Counted from the stretch's first letter, positions 36,965-49,382 are shown. The stretch is 64,000 nt of DNA from Octopus sinensis (GCF_006345805.1 NC_042998.1:51212001-51276000); one strand, 5' to 3'. Translations and numbers: made by a program. Notes: generated from the letters alone by a model not told the origin.

Positions 36965-37660
36965 TCATATGACTCTCTTATTCTTTCATTCTTTCTCTCT
37001 TTCTTTCAGCCCCTTCACACTTACTTCGTTCTTTCCACTCTTCTTTCTTTCACTCCCCCTCTCTCACATTTCTTAGCCTTCCCTTCATTCTCACCTTCTC
37101 TCCTCTTTCACTTCACTGTCCCTTTTCTTTCTCGTCCCTCCCTAATTTTTCTATCCCTCTGCCACTACCGCTCTCCTCTCCATCCACGTGACTGGTGTTC
37201 TGCCAAGCTTGACCTTTATTTCTTGGTTTGACTACCATCCGTGCAACATCTATATTCCTTCCCATGCCTGTCATCTCTTATGTCCCTGCTGTTAGGCTTT
37301 ACTTCCACACACACCAGCTTAATATAATTCGTCCTAAGTCGAAAGACACCTGTTGTTAATGTTCTGTTATTTGCAGTTGTATTTGTGTACTATTTCTCGA
37401 TTTTTTCCTGTCCTTATTTTCATATACATTTGCTGCTTTCTTCCAAAGAATCTAGTGTTCTTAGCTTAGATTTTCTTTGGGGATGGCCAGACTGGAGCAG
37501 TCTCAAGTATAACCAGCCGAAACTGCAAAGATGATCTGGAACTCAACTGAGGAAAGAAAACTCCAAATGACCCATCCTTGTCTTTCCTTGTCCCTTTTGT
37601 ATCATCTGTCTGGATGTTTTGTTGTCTTTTGCATTCTTGTCCCATTTATTGTATTCTTTC
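36517..37660 (+). repeat. Two ~350-bp diverged direct repeats (pLTR-like) around a CT-rich tract
   Basis: 36517-36870 vs 37300-37660 share tacttccacacac...ggagcagtctcaagtataac.agcc(g/a)aaactgcaaagatgat.tggaactcaactgaggaaagaaaactcc; both end at (TA)n. Confidence 0.8.
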
Positions 37661-37687
37661 ATATATATATATATATATATACAGTGA

Positions 37688-38005
37688 GGGCGCGTGGCTT
37701 AGTGGTTAGGGCATTCGGCTCATGATCGTAAGGTTGTGAGTTCGATTCCCGGTGACGCGTTGTGTCCTTGAGCAAGACACTTTATTTCACGTTGCTCCAA
37801 TCCACTCAGCTGGCAAAAATGAGTTGTACTTGTATTTCAAAGGGTCAGCCTTGTCACTCTCTGTGTCACGCTGATTATCCCCGAGAACTATGTTAAGGGT
37901 ACACGTGTCTGTGGAATGCTCAGCCATTTGCACGTTAATTTCACGAGCAAGCTGTTCCGTTGATCGTATCAGCTGGGACCCTCGTCGTCGTAACCGGCGG
38001 AGTCT
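37688..38005 (+). mobile_element. SINE-B, full-length tRNA-derived SINE
   Basis: A box tggcttagtgg, B box gttcgattccc, ttgtgtccttgagcaagacactt, 3' end gggaccctcgtcgtcgtaaccggcggagtc(T)n. Decayed relatives at 53640-54005(-), 53200-53295(-) and head at 21560-21800(-). Confidence 0.85.
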
Positions 38006-38132
38006 TTTTTTTTTTAATATATATATACACATATACACACATATATATACATACATATATATCTATATACACACATATATATCTATATAAACACATATAT
38101 ATATATATACACACATACATATATATATACAT

Positions 38133-38178
<46 letters not shown>

Positions 38179-38589
38179 CACACATATATATTGATGAATA
38201 GAGTTATTACATCATGTGAAAAAAAACTACTTTCATTGGGTAAATATAAGTACAAATTAAACATTAAAAAAAATTTGCAACGAATCCAAGTATGTGCCAT
38301 TTCATGATTCCTTAGCAAACTTCAGCCAGGGAATTACCATGGACCTTGAGTCTACTGAGTGCAGTAAATTTAGTGCAGAACTTGTACCTAAGTACAGTTT
38401 GAGACTTGTGATATATTCAGTTGGATGCTTGTGCTCATACATGCAACTGGAATATGAATCCACTTTACTTTGGTGTGTATGTATATGTTCCTCTAATTTT
38501 GTTATGCACACTTTAGCAATTTCATTCACCCGACCTTGGTGCTTTAATATATAAGGACCCATTTCACTTGAATCCTGAACTTTTATATA

Positions 38590-40290
38590 TACTCAGAAGA
38601 GATCCCAGGATGCATCAACCACAGATTCATAATCACAGCACTCAAATTCATCCAACTGAACAACTATTTCATGTTTGATACAGTTTACTATCGACAAAAA
38701 TGTGGAATTGCAATGGGAACCCAAGCTGCTCCAGTGATTGCAAACCCTGTAATGGGTTACCTAGAATTTAAAATATACCAATCATCATTACAAAAATATG
38801 GCACCTCATTTCATTACTATGTAAATGAGAACTGGAAGAGGTATTTGGACGATTGCTTTATGCTTTGGAAAGATAGCAAGGACAAACTCCTCAATTTCAA
38901 AATAATGCTTAACAATATTAATAGCAACACACAATTCACCTTGGAGCACAGCAGTAAACAACTCCCTTTTCTTGACATCCTAATTAAAATAGTCAATAAC
39001 CACATCAACACAGACATCTATAAACCCACCACAGATTCTAAATAATACCTGTTATTCAACTCATGCCACCCCAAACACATAAAAATTAATATACCTTATA
39101 ATCTAGTGAAAAGAATCTGTCCCATAGTTTCGGACACCTATACTCATGAACAAGGACTCCTTGAATACTGATCAAAAGACATTTCCCAATATCATTAATA
39201 AATGATGGTATGAAATGAGCTAAGGAAATAGATATACGAACATTAAGGGAAGTCAACCAAAATACTACACCAGACTTAAAAATACTCCCATACATCTCCA
39301 CACATAATCCTACAAACAATGAAGCCTTCAACATTATCATCCAAAATCTACCCATCCTCACAGAAGATAAAACAATGAACAAAATTTTAGGCTCACACAA
39401 AATTATCAAAAGCAAAATGCAACCGAAATCCTTGAAAAAATATTGACCAGTGCAAGTCTATATCCATTAACAATGGAACCAAAAGTGAAAAAATGTGGTC
39501 GACCTAACTGTGGCACATACCCCCACCTTTTGGAGGGTTCAGAATTCTACTTTAAACAAGGTGAAATATGTAAGATTAAATCAAATTTCACCAGTGCCTC
39601 AGAAAATCTATGCCATTACATGCTTAGGGTGTGGTAATCATTATATTGGTCAAACAGGAATATCACTCCATCGAAGAACCACTCTCCACAAAGAACAAAT
39701 CTGCCACCCACAATACAGGCAGACACAGGGCAGTGAACAAATAGAAAGGTGTGCTAGAAACCTTAATCTTAATTTCCAAATTTTCCCCTTCTATCAATGT
39801 TCGCAGAACACCTCAGTACAGCAAAGAATGAATAAAGAGGCAACTTTCATCAATAAATATCTTCCACAACTCAATATGAACACATAACTTAATACAGAAC
39901 ACTACTAACCTTTCAATTAATACTAACCTCCATACATCCCATACACCATTCACATTACAGATTTATATCTACCCTAATTGCACCAAATCCAGAACAACTT
40001 AGCTCATTTACACATAATCTTTTTAGTCAGGATCTAGTAGACCCAACACCATTCGCTAATCAGTATGCATTCAAAGCAGTGATCAGTAATTTTATGAAAC
40101 CAGTATGCCTTTGAATCTCTTTAACAATATATAATAATGACTTTTATTACTTTTATTCCTACCTCAGTTCTTCTAATTATATATATGTATTGTTGCTTTT
40201 CATAAAAAGCCTTTACTTTTTTTATGCATTTTTGCTTATTTTCTTCTTACTTTCCCCTTACATTTCCACATGTAGTTTCTATTTTCTTTT
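38590..40290 (+). mobile_element. Penelope-like element (RT + GIY-YIG), 5'-truncated and frameshifted, with 3' terminus
   Basis: 38671-39045: YRQKCGIAMGT...WKRYLDDCF...LPFLDILI; 39495-39887: IYAITCLGCGNHYIGQTG...LHKEQI...KEATFINKYLPQLN; followed by UTR, HHR remnant and (TA)n at ~40295. Confidence 0.9.
40070..40115 (+). ncRNA. Decayed hammerhead in the PLE 3' terminus
   Basis: ttcaaagca gtgatca gta attt tat GAAA ccag TA tg c ctttgaa; long stem I retained, core has two substitutions versus CTGATGA. Confidence 0.5.
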
Positions 40291-40292
40291 TG

Positions 40293-40339
<47 letters not shown>

Positions 40340-41049
40340 TGTATGTATATGCTTATATGTATAAGCGTAGGAGCACTGTTATGCTCATATACACACATAT
40401 CTATCTATACATCTCTATCTATTACTTGTGTTAGCCATAGAAATGTGGCTATGCTGGAATTTAGTTAAACAAATCGGACCCCCACCTCCATACTTATTCT
40501 TTAAAATTTAGTATTTATTCTATCAATCTCTTTTGCTGAATCACTAAGTTAGCATTGACAAGGACAGAAACACACACACACACACACAAACATATCTTCC
40601 TGTTCTGTTATATATATTTCACGGGTTTCTTACAGTTTCCTTCTACCAAATGCACTCACAAGACTTTGGTCAGCATGGATGCTAGAGAGAAAGACACTTG
40701 CCCAAGGTGCCATGCAGTGGTACTGAATACAAAACCATGTATATAGGAAGCAAACTTGTTACCACATATTTGAAAACATCATACAAGTTTATGAGGTCAG
40801 TACTGCTTTACATGAAACCACATCCTATTGTTTAAAAAGAAATCACATTAGTTTAACAAGGTCCAAGGTAGACTTTGACAGAAAAAATACTGTAATGTCA
40901 TGGCAAAGAATATCTTTGAATATAGATCTGCTGAGTGTTGAACTCAGCCTCAACATCACCACCACCAACAAGTTATATTTTAAAATGTATCCTTGATATA
41001 CAGATATATATGTGTGTGTGTGTGTGGTGTGTGTGTGTGTATGTATGCT

Positions 41050-41392
41050 ACTGGTAACATGTAACCCAGCACAACCTGTTGCAAGGTCGGGTCGTCTGCA
41101 ACTAAACCGGCAACCACACCAAGCTTGCTTGGTGAGGAGGGTGTTTATTGGACACCCTGCAGGATGAAAAACAAAACCCGTCAAAGGACGGAGGAACTCT
41201 TGAGAGTCAACGGCCATCCAATAAATGTCTTAAGGATATATCATGCACGGGGACATAGAAATAATCGGACTGAATACCTAATCGCGCGGTTAAGCCATTG
41301 GGAGTGAAGGACTCCTAGCCTTTGTTAGGGCATCCTTCTAGGAGAAGGTAACTCAGGTAACTGGGATAACTCCGACTTAAAACATGCGGCTC
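41050..41392 (+). repeat. LINE 5'-UTR-like fragment (RTE-type, tentative)
   Basis: GC/CpG-rich non-coding block ending ccttctaggagaaggtaactc, reminiscent of the ggagaaggaaaactc motif of RTE 5' UTRs; no ORF recognised. Confidence 0.35.
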
Positions 41393-44300
41393 GGTGGTTA
41401 CCGATGATGTTGACTTGTTCTTCTTTTTAGATTATTGCTGCTGTTGCTTAGTGAGTGGGATTGACTCAGTGCACAGCCTTTCCTCACTTTAAAAAAAATC
41501 TTCTTGCACAGGCATTGCACGATAACAACATTGATTAAGCTTCGTGCAATGCCCATACTCGATAACGAGGGGCAGCCACCATATATATGTATATGTATAT
41601 ATATATATATGTATATGAGAGAGAGAGAGAGAGAGGGGGGAGGACGGACATGGTCACAGCTGAGATGCTTTGAACAGTAAAGAGCAAACAATAACTAAGC
41701 ATTATTGAAGGATTTTTTTTGACACAGACACAAGATGACAAATTTTGTATTAAGTGATGAAGTTTAGTTTTGTAGATTTTATTGATCTAAATATTTGATT
41801 GAAAGGTATTTCACCAATCCTGATGGGTGTTAAAACAAATCAACCATAGCAAGATTTGAACACAGAACATAAAGGGACGTAACTAGTCTTGGTTTGTAAC
41901 ATTGACACAGAATCACACATAATTTGATCGACATCACATATAAACCCACCGAATTAGATACGTGACTGGTACATATCTTTCCGGATTTAGATGGAGTTAA
42001 ATCAACCTGGGTAAAGGGTTACAGCATAGATCATAAAAGGAAATAGCAAAAAGAAAAAAAACTGCAAAGAATTTAGTTTCCATTGATTTCACGTATACTT
42101 AAAGAAAGATAGGAAACAGAATTACAGTTGAGAAAAATATTTTTTGAAGTGCAAAAAGTTTTAGAAAACATAATAGTGTTCGTGACAGTATTGAATTGTT
42201 ATAGTCTGGTGTCTATTTGCTTTTGAGTTGACGGTCATAATAAAAACGGTCGCGAATATGAAAACAAACATCCACTGAAGTGAACGAACTTAGAAAATTA
42301 AATCTGCTTATTAGTTAACCCTTCTGTTACCAGTCAATGTTTTAGTTAATTTGCAAAACAATGAAAAGTTTATTAAAATAACTAAGCCATTATTAAGCTG
42401 GTGTTTCGAACATAGAGTAAAATGAAATTTGCTTTATTAAAAGAGATTTGCTTTGTTAAAACTAAGGGTGGTTTCAGGCGGGTTAGTAACTCACTTGTAA
42501 CCACATTTCGGTTGAAATACACAGCTTTTTGTTTCGATAAATTTTTAAAATAACGAAGAATTTATCAACAGAATTTTGTCATTATTAAACTGGTATTTAG
42601 AACATAATTTAAAGATGAAAGGTTTTATGGATTCAGATAGCAGAACAGGGGGCAACTTCAGTGTAAATAAGTTCAATTACTAACATTCTCTTTCTATAAA
42701 ATCAGTTGGTACATCAACTGGGGCCGTTTATGCTTGATAAAGAAGGGACGATCTGACAAATATATTTCTACAAAAGGAGTAGCAAACTTCAACATACTGG
42801 CGAAAGCTGAAGCTATCCACTAACAAGGTTTCTAAGAACTCCCTAAAAATGGTTTTAAGACTAACTTTCAAAGCTGCATACCTATGGATTTGTGAAATTA
42901 AAGAGTCATTATTATTCTCGGGGGTGGAGGATGCGCTCTAACGGATTCTAACAAATGTTCAGTTCGCCTTTGATACTACCAAAACGTTTTCCCACCCTTG
43001 CTTTAGAGGTCACTCAGTCTGGTAGAAATAGCAGTCAAATACCCTTCAAATTACACCCTTCCGACTTGAAAAGAAACAGAAACACATTGGCTAAAAAAGT
43101 TCAAGATATGCTCTGCTCAAAGGGCGGTATGGTCACGGCTTGAATGCCTGTTAGAAATAGGAGACAAAATATCTCCGTAAACCACTCTTATCATATAAAC
43201 AAAGGAAGGACACTAGATTATGTAGTCCGAGACACATTGTGAAGAAAGACAGGATGGTCACAGCTGGAACGCAATCATCATAGGACTGCTCTATCAATCT
43301 CCCACTGAATGAAACGGCAAGTATAACAGTGTGGAGATAGGGTGAACGTGAGAATGTGTGTGTTGAGTTGGGGGAGGGTGCCTAAAGCAGCAACTTTTAA
43401 ATCAACACGGCTTATGAAAGAAGTAAAAAATTCCTTAACTCACCTCACTAAATGCAAACTGTGTCCCAGCCGTTGTATATTCTGTAAAGGTACATTTTTC
43501 CAAATTGAGATTCTTAATAATATTAAGTAGACATGACGTACTTCTCCTAGTTCTCCTAAAATTCTTATTACTGTTTTATAAGTTGTAGTAAATGATAGTT
43601 GTACTTCTTTTTACTTTTCTTAATGTTACCGTTATAACGTTAATGTTTGTTTGTGTTTGTTAGCTGTGTATCTACTTTTTCACTTCATTTATTTATGTCT
43701 GTCGTTGATTTATTTATTTTCAAGACAAATATCTTTTGGCCATCAATTTTTTTCTATAGGGTATTTTTTTTTTAATTCTGTTTAGGAATGTTGCTTTTTC
43801 TTTCCTTTCCTCTCTTTCTCTTTATCCTCCCTTCTCTCTGTTTCTTTTTTTTTCTTTGTAAATGTCAATTTTTGACTCTTACTATAGTTGCTTCGTGTTG
43901 CCGCCGAAAAAGGAGACCTTCAGAAGCAATTTCACGAAGTATAACCCCCATCTATTCACTAGCCAAAACAATGACTGGCAGCGAATTCAATGAATCACTT
44001 ACAGGCTGATATGGATCAGGCTGGACCAAACAGATATACGTCAAGTTCATATCTGACAAACAAGTCATTCAAGACTTTATTGATTACTATTTCTGACAGG
44101 TCTCCTTGGAAACTAGACGCTTACGGTCTATCATTTTGTTTACATAGTTGATTTTAGGTAAGCAGAGTTATTCCCCCTGGTTAAAGAAAATATTTTCGTT
44201 TGTATTTTTCTTGTCTATTTTTATGATCTTTACCTCGTTACAGTCAACGAACTCCGGCACCACCTTCGCCGCCTGCCGTTACGTTCTGGGTTCAAATTCC

Positions 44301-44605
44301 GCCGAGGTCGACTTTGCCTTTCATCCTTTCTGGGTCGATAAATTAAGTACCAGTTACGCACTGGAGTCGATGTAATCGACTTAATCCGTCTGTCTGTCCT
44401 TGTTTGTCCACTCTGTGTTTAGCCCCTTGTGGGTAGTAAAGAAATGTATTTAAATAGCCACATAACTCCACGTCCCACCCCATGGTTTATTTCGGTCTGG
44501 TATTTATTTTACCAAAACTATTTGTCGAACTACTAAGTTATAAAACATGAGGAAAGCAACATGAGCAACACCGGCTTTTAAACGACAATAAACATAAACA
44601 CGAAC

Positions 44606-45430
44606 ACACACACACACACAAACATATAATAAACACACGCACGTACGCGCGCGCGTCTAGCTACTGTGGAGTCTAAGCCTACCAAAATATTGGTCAGTCC
44701 GACGCTACAGTGGGACATACCTGGCCCAGGTACAGCGTAGTAATCGAATTTGGATGCAGGTGGTTTGCGAAGCGAGGGTCATGCGTCACCCTCGTCTATA
44801 ATTTTTTAATTATTTTTTTTTGTTTCAGTCATTATACTGCGGCCATGCTGGGGTATCGCTTTGAAAAATTCTTAGTACGTTTAACCTGGTATCTATTCTA
44901 TCGGAAATTTTTGTTGAACCGCTATGTTACGGGGACGTAAACACACCAACAGCGGTTGTCAAGCGGAGGTGGGGACAAACACAAGCATAAACGCGCGCGC
45001 GTGCACACACACACACACACACACAAACATATAATAAACACACGCACGTACGCGCGCGCGTCTAGCTACTGTGGAGTCTAAGCCTACCAAAATATTGGTC
45101 AGTCCGACGCTACAGTGGGACATACCTGGCCCAGGTACAGCGTAGTAATCGAATTTGGATGCAGGTGGTTTGCGAAGCGAGGGTCATGCGTCACCCTCGT
45201 CTATAATTTTTTAATTATTTTTTTTTGTTTCAGTCATTATACTGCGGCCATGCTGGGGTATCGCTTTGAAAAATTCTTAGTACGTTTAACCTGGTATCTA
45301 TTCTATCGGAAATTTTTGTTGAACCGCTATGTTACGGGGACGTAAACACACCAACAGCGGTTGTCAAGCGGAGGTGGGGACAAACACAAGCATAAACGCG
45401 CGCGCGTGCACACACACACACACACACACA
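44606..45430. repeat. 405-bp tandem duplication bounded by (CA)n
   Basis: Identical ORFs at 44710-44940 and 45115-45345 (offset 405); no differences seen by eye; content is rearranged SINE-C fragments. Confidence 0.95.
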
Positions 45431-45645
45431 CAATACGGAATTCGTCTAAAAAATGTACACACACTTCAGGAAAGGAAAAATCTGTAAAAATATTTTTATG
45501 CAGTGTTATATCAATTTATTCAGTGTTATCACAATTTGATAATCATCAAAAGAGGTATCTATATTTATGGAGATACTTTTATACAAGTTAAAAATCTATA
45601 CAGATTTTTCCTTTCCTGAAGTGTGTATGAATTTTTTTTTTTGGT

Positions 45646-45686
<41 letters not shown>

Positions 45687-46289
45687 GATATATATATATA
45701 TGTGTGTGTGTGTGTCTGTGTGCATAACTGAAGAGATGGCGGTGTGGATTTCCACCTCGGCATCTAAAACTCGGAGTTTTATCATGGCTACTGAATAATT
45801 GTCACATATTACATTTACAGATATATATATATACGTGGTCTTCTTTCAGTTTTCTTCTACCAAATCCACTCACAAGTCTTTGGTCGACCCTGGGCTATCG
45901 TAGAAAACACGGTAAATTTTGATCTTTTCACCCACATGATTTTCACTACAAGTACCCTGACCTCCTAATATGCAGCAAACTCCTTATTTTAATTCGGGAA
46001 AAAAGAGTGGGGAAACCACCACCGCCACATATCCCACAATAATTGGAAATTTTTGTTTTTAATCTTCAATCGATTTTTTTTTTTAAATTACATATTACAA
46101 ATAGAGATTACCAAACTGGAAGAATTTTTTTCTTTTTTTTTTTTTCAGAGGTTTAATTTTTCAAAGGTTATCCCTGCCTTTTCGTATAGCATTTGGAATA
46201 CCCACATCAGCCCACCATCAACCTTTTGGAAGCTATTTTTAACTTAATTTATGTGGTGGGATGCATGCTTAACAACCAGCATACGTCAC

Positions 46290-47200
46290 AAAGGAGGGCC
46301 TCAATATTGTTGCTCAGCATTTATCTCTTGTTTTTTAGATAGGCATCTGTCAGTCTCAAAAGACCATGGATCTGTTCCTGAAGAATTTTGTGTCACTGCT
46401 GATGGTTGTGCGACACCTACAGTAGCTGTATAGGCCCACATGGGAGTAGCCGTCTTGCATACAGTAACTGCATTTGAAGATGCTCTCCACTGGTGCTACT
46501 GAGTTTTCCTTTCTTTGAGCGTGCTTTTCTCCAGTGGCAAGTTTCAGTTTCTTTTCCCCTCTCACCATCCCTTGCACAGTACTCTTCTCCACAGTGGGCA
46601 ATCATTTGCAACCTCCGGCGTGCTGGCAGAACCGTTAGCATGCTGGGCGTAATGCTGTGTGGTATTTCGTCCGCCGCTGCGTTCTGAGTTCAAATTCTGC
46701 CGAGGTCGACTTTGCTTTTCATCCTTTCGGGGTTGATAAATTAAGTACCAGTTACGCTCTGGGGTCGATGTAATCAACTTAATCCGTTTGTCTGTCCTTG
46801 TTTGTCCCCGCTATGTTTAGCCCCTTGTGGGTAGTAAAGAAATAGGTATTTTGTCTGTGGCTGCGTTCTGAGTTCAAATTCCGCTGAGGTCGACTTTGCT
46901 TTTCATCCTTTCGGGGTTGATAAATAAAGTACCAGTTATGCACTGGGGTCGATGTAATCGACTTATTCTGTTTGTCTGTCCTTGTTTGTCCCCTCTATGG
47001 GTAGTAAAGAAAAAAAATCATTTGCAACCTCCTCCCATCTCAGGATGTCTCAGATCTATTGACTTCATATCTCTCTTGCTGAAATGAAAATGTGGTTGCC
47101 CTCCTCAAATATTTATCTTGCATAGCATTTAATAAACCCTCATTTGTCTTCGTTGTTCAAATACATGCCACTAGTCACACTGAATTACTTCTATGAGATC
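46290..47200 (-). mobile_element. Old RTE (BovB-type) 3' fragment split by a SINE-A dimer
   Basis: Minus strand: KRDMKSIDL (47050-47090) | GEKHAQRKE...FKCSYCMQDGYSHVGLYSYCRCR; tail ccatggtcttttgagactgacagatgcc at ~46340-46370. Confidence 0.7.
46617..47015 (+). mobile_element. SINE-A dimer with a single 17-bp TSD
   Basis: aatcatttgcaacctcc at 46600-46616 and 47016-47032 flanks a full copy (46617-~46850) joined to a 5'-truncated copy (~46850-47015). Confidence 0.9.
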
Positions 47201-47599
47201 ATTTTCATTTCATATATACAAATCATTTTGAATGAAGGCATATTTTCTAATCTTTTTGTGCATCATGTGTTGATGAAAATGTAAGACAATTGGTGTGCTG
47301 ATTACACCTATTAAAAGACAGCAAGTATCCCCAACTCTCCTCTTGTCATGTGACAATGAAACTTTTCTTTAATGACATGTCAATTTTTGGAGAGTACTTG
47401 GTTCTTTAGGTTATCTCCCTTTTGATGTTTAAGTTGGTAGCAATTGTCACCTAGTGATTGTTCAACGTTCTTAGGAGGGGAGATAATTTCAATAAATAAA
47501 GACTATCTTGAACATTATTTAACATACCTTTTCCTTGTGTATGTGTGTGTGTTTGTGTATATATGTATGTATATATTCACGCGGACACATACATATTAC

Positions 47600-49055
47600 A
47601 TAATGTACATCTAAATATATATATATCAAAGTATACAGTATTATATTTCCATTATGTCCGATCTAACCAACTAGTTTCACACTAGGTATTAAACTGGATG
47701 TTAGACAACAGCACATTAAGTAATATTGCATACTCATCAGAGCTGACAGATGTGTGTGTGTGGGGGGATGCTCTCCTTTATTAGAGGAGAAAAATTACAT
47801 CCAGGGTAAGGGTTATATTAAGAGTTATGTTCCTTGTCCCCAAAGTCTCTGAGATGTTGTATGACTACAAGAGCTTTCTGAAAAGGGTTGGAATTCATGT
47901 AAGGTTGCAATATGTGTAAGGGTATTATATATGTAGGATTTGGGGGAATGGGTGTGTGTCTAAACATTTAATCCCATGTTAGGGCACATGTGTATGTTTG
48001 GTTAAACTCTTCGTTGGGTTCTCTGGGTATGCTAGCAAAAGAGCCACAGGTGGATAATTGGTGATCATGGTCATGATGGGACCTATAGATACAATACACT
48101 ATACCATCTTTCATGTGGGCAAGATCTAAAAATCTCATGTCGGCAGTTTAAATAGATACCTGAGTGCTGAGATATTTTTAAGATGATTCTTTTCTTGGTT
48201 AAACATTATACACATATTCTGCTGTTATTAAAATAAGCCTTGCACTTGTCAAAGATTTTCGCTTGTGTGCTGTACTCTGTAGCACTTTCCTTTAATGATC
48301 ATACATGTCTAGCTTGACGTGTGACATTTCAATTCTTGGTGATTTTGAAGGAGGACTTATAGTTATTGAATCTGATCCTGAGAGGACTTTCTGTCACTCT
48401 CACATACTTTTGCACATTCAGCAGCCCATTTGGTCCTTTTGATGTTACCTCTGCCTCATATACAACTCCATATTACAGTGACCCATTAAAGGGACATGTA
48501 GTATTATCTCTACATGAGCATCCTGTTTCTGTCTAAGGTGTGGGCTTACCTACTAATATCTTTTTTTTACACTAAGTCCACAGATTAAGGAAACTTAAGT
48601 TGTGCCTATTAAAACTTTTATAAAGCTGATTCTTCCAGGGAAAGCTTATCCACTAAGCTAAAGAAAATCCACCACACACAAGTGTTTACTCTTAAGGAGA
48701 AAGGAGGTGTGAACCACAACACTTTCTGGTGATGTTTTCTCTTGAATGGGTTAGGGTCTAGTGTGTTACTAATCCTTACCTTAAAACTGTTGGCAGCCTG
48801 AGCCTCATTATACTTTGATGCAGTGGCATCAAAAATTTCTTTACTTAAAATAGGTTGGAGTTTCTTCTGCTGATCCCTTTACCAGGTTTCTAAATACTAT
48901 GGCTCAATAACAGGAAGCTGTGTTAATATATGTCAGCCTCTCATTCAGCTTCCTAAAAGGCCTATAGGTACCATATTACAACTCCAAGATCACATCTAGG
49001 AAATCTGCTATCTTCAAATTGATTTCTGTTGTGACAGAATATTTTTCCATGAAAT
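47600..49055 (-). mobile_element. Decayed Penelope-like element (Neptune-like) RT C-terminus, GIY-YIG and 3' region
   Basis: Minus strand with many stops: EINLKIADFLDVILEL, GTYRPF, LYKSFNRHNL, CPFNGSL.YGVVYEAEV, KYVRVTESPLRIRFNNYKSSF, CV.CLTKKRIIL, YLNCRHEIFRSCPH. Confidence 0.75.
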
Positions 49056-49063
49056 TACTTCTA

Positions 49064-49382
49064 AATTGCAGTGTGGGAGGTGTTTATAAGCCATTTAAGA
49101 AACACACAAAAACTGTTAGATTCACTTCAACATTCAAATTTAATCTGTCAAAATATTTTCGTTGCTTTTGAGACCGCGACCTGTTCACTGACAAAATTCT
49201 GTGCTGCATATATTTTATCAGTGAACAGGTTGTGGTCTGAAAACGATGAAAATAATTTGACAAATTAAATTTAAATGTTGAAGTGAATCTAACGGTTTTG
49301 TGTGTTTCTTAAATGGCTTATAAACATCTTCCATGCTGCAATTGTTTTCGTTCCAGCACACGATTTCAGATCAGGTCACTTG
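49064..49382. mobile_element. Fold-back MITE (~135-bp arms), left end truncated by the PLE
   Basis: aattgcagtgtgggaggtgtttataagccatttaagaaacacacaaaaactgttagattcacttcaacatt pairs with aatgttgaagtgaatctaacggttttgtgtgtttcttaaatggcttataaacatcttccatgctgcaatt (ending 49343). Confidence 0.85.

Noticed and set aside
37688-37760. tRNA gene
   Set aside because: A and B boxes are present, but the sequence continues into a SINE body with dispersed copies and has no proper acceptor stem; it is a SINE head.
38294-38580. Overlapping 86-aa ORFs on both strands next to the PLE 5' truncation (possible inversion or exon)
   Set aside because: No recognisable RT, GIY-YIG or host-protein motif in either frame, and no convincing splice-site pair.
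41050-41115. HDV-like ribozyme in the putative RTE 5' UTR
   Set aside because: P1-like (ggtaaca/tgttgca), GG and CTAA-accgg elements are suggestive, but I could not build a P3/L3 of adequate length without overlapping P1. It would need a descriptor search on the family consensus.
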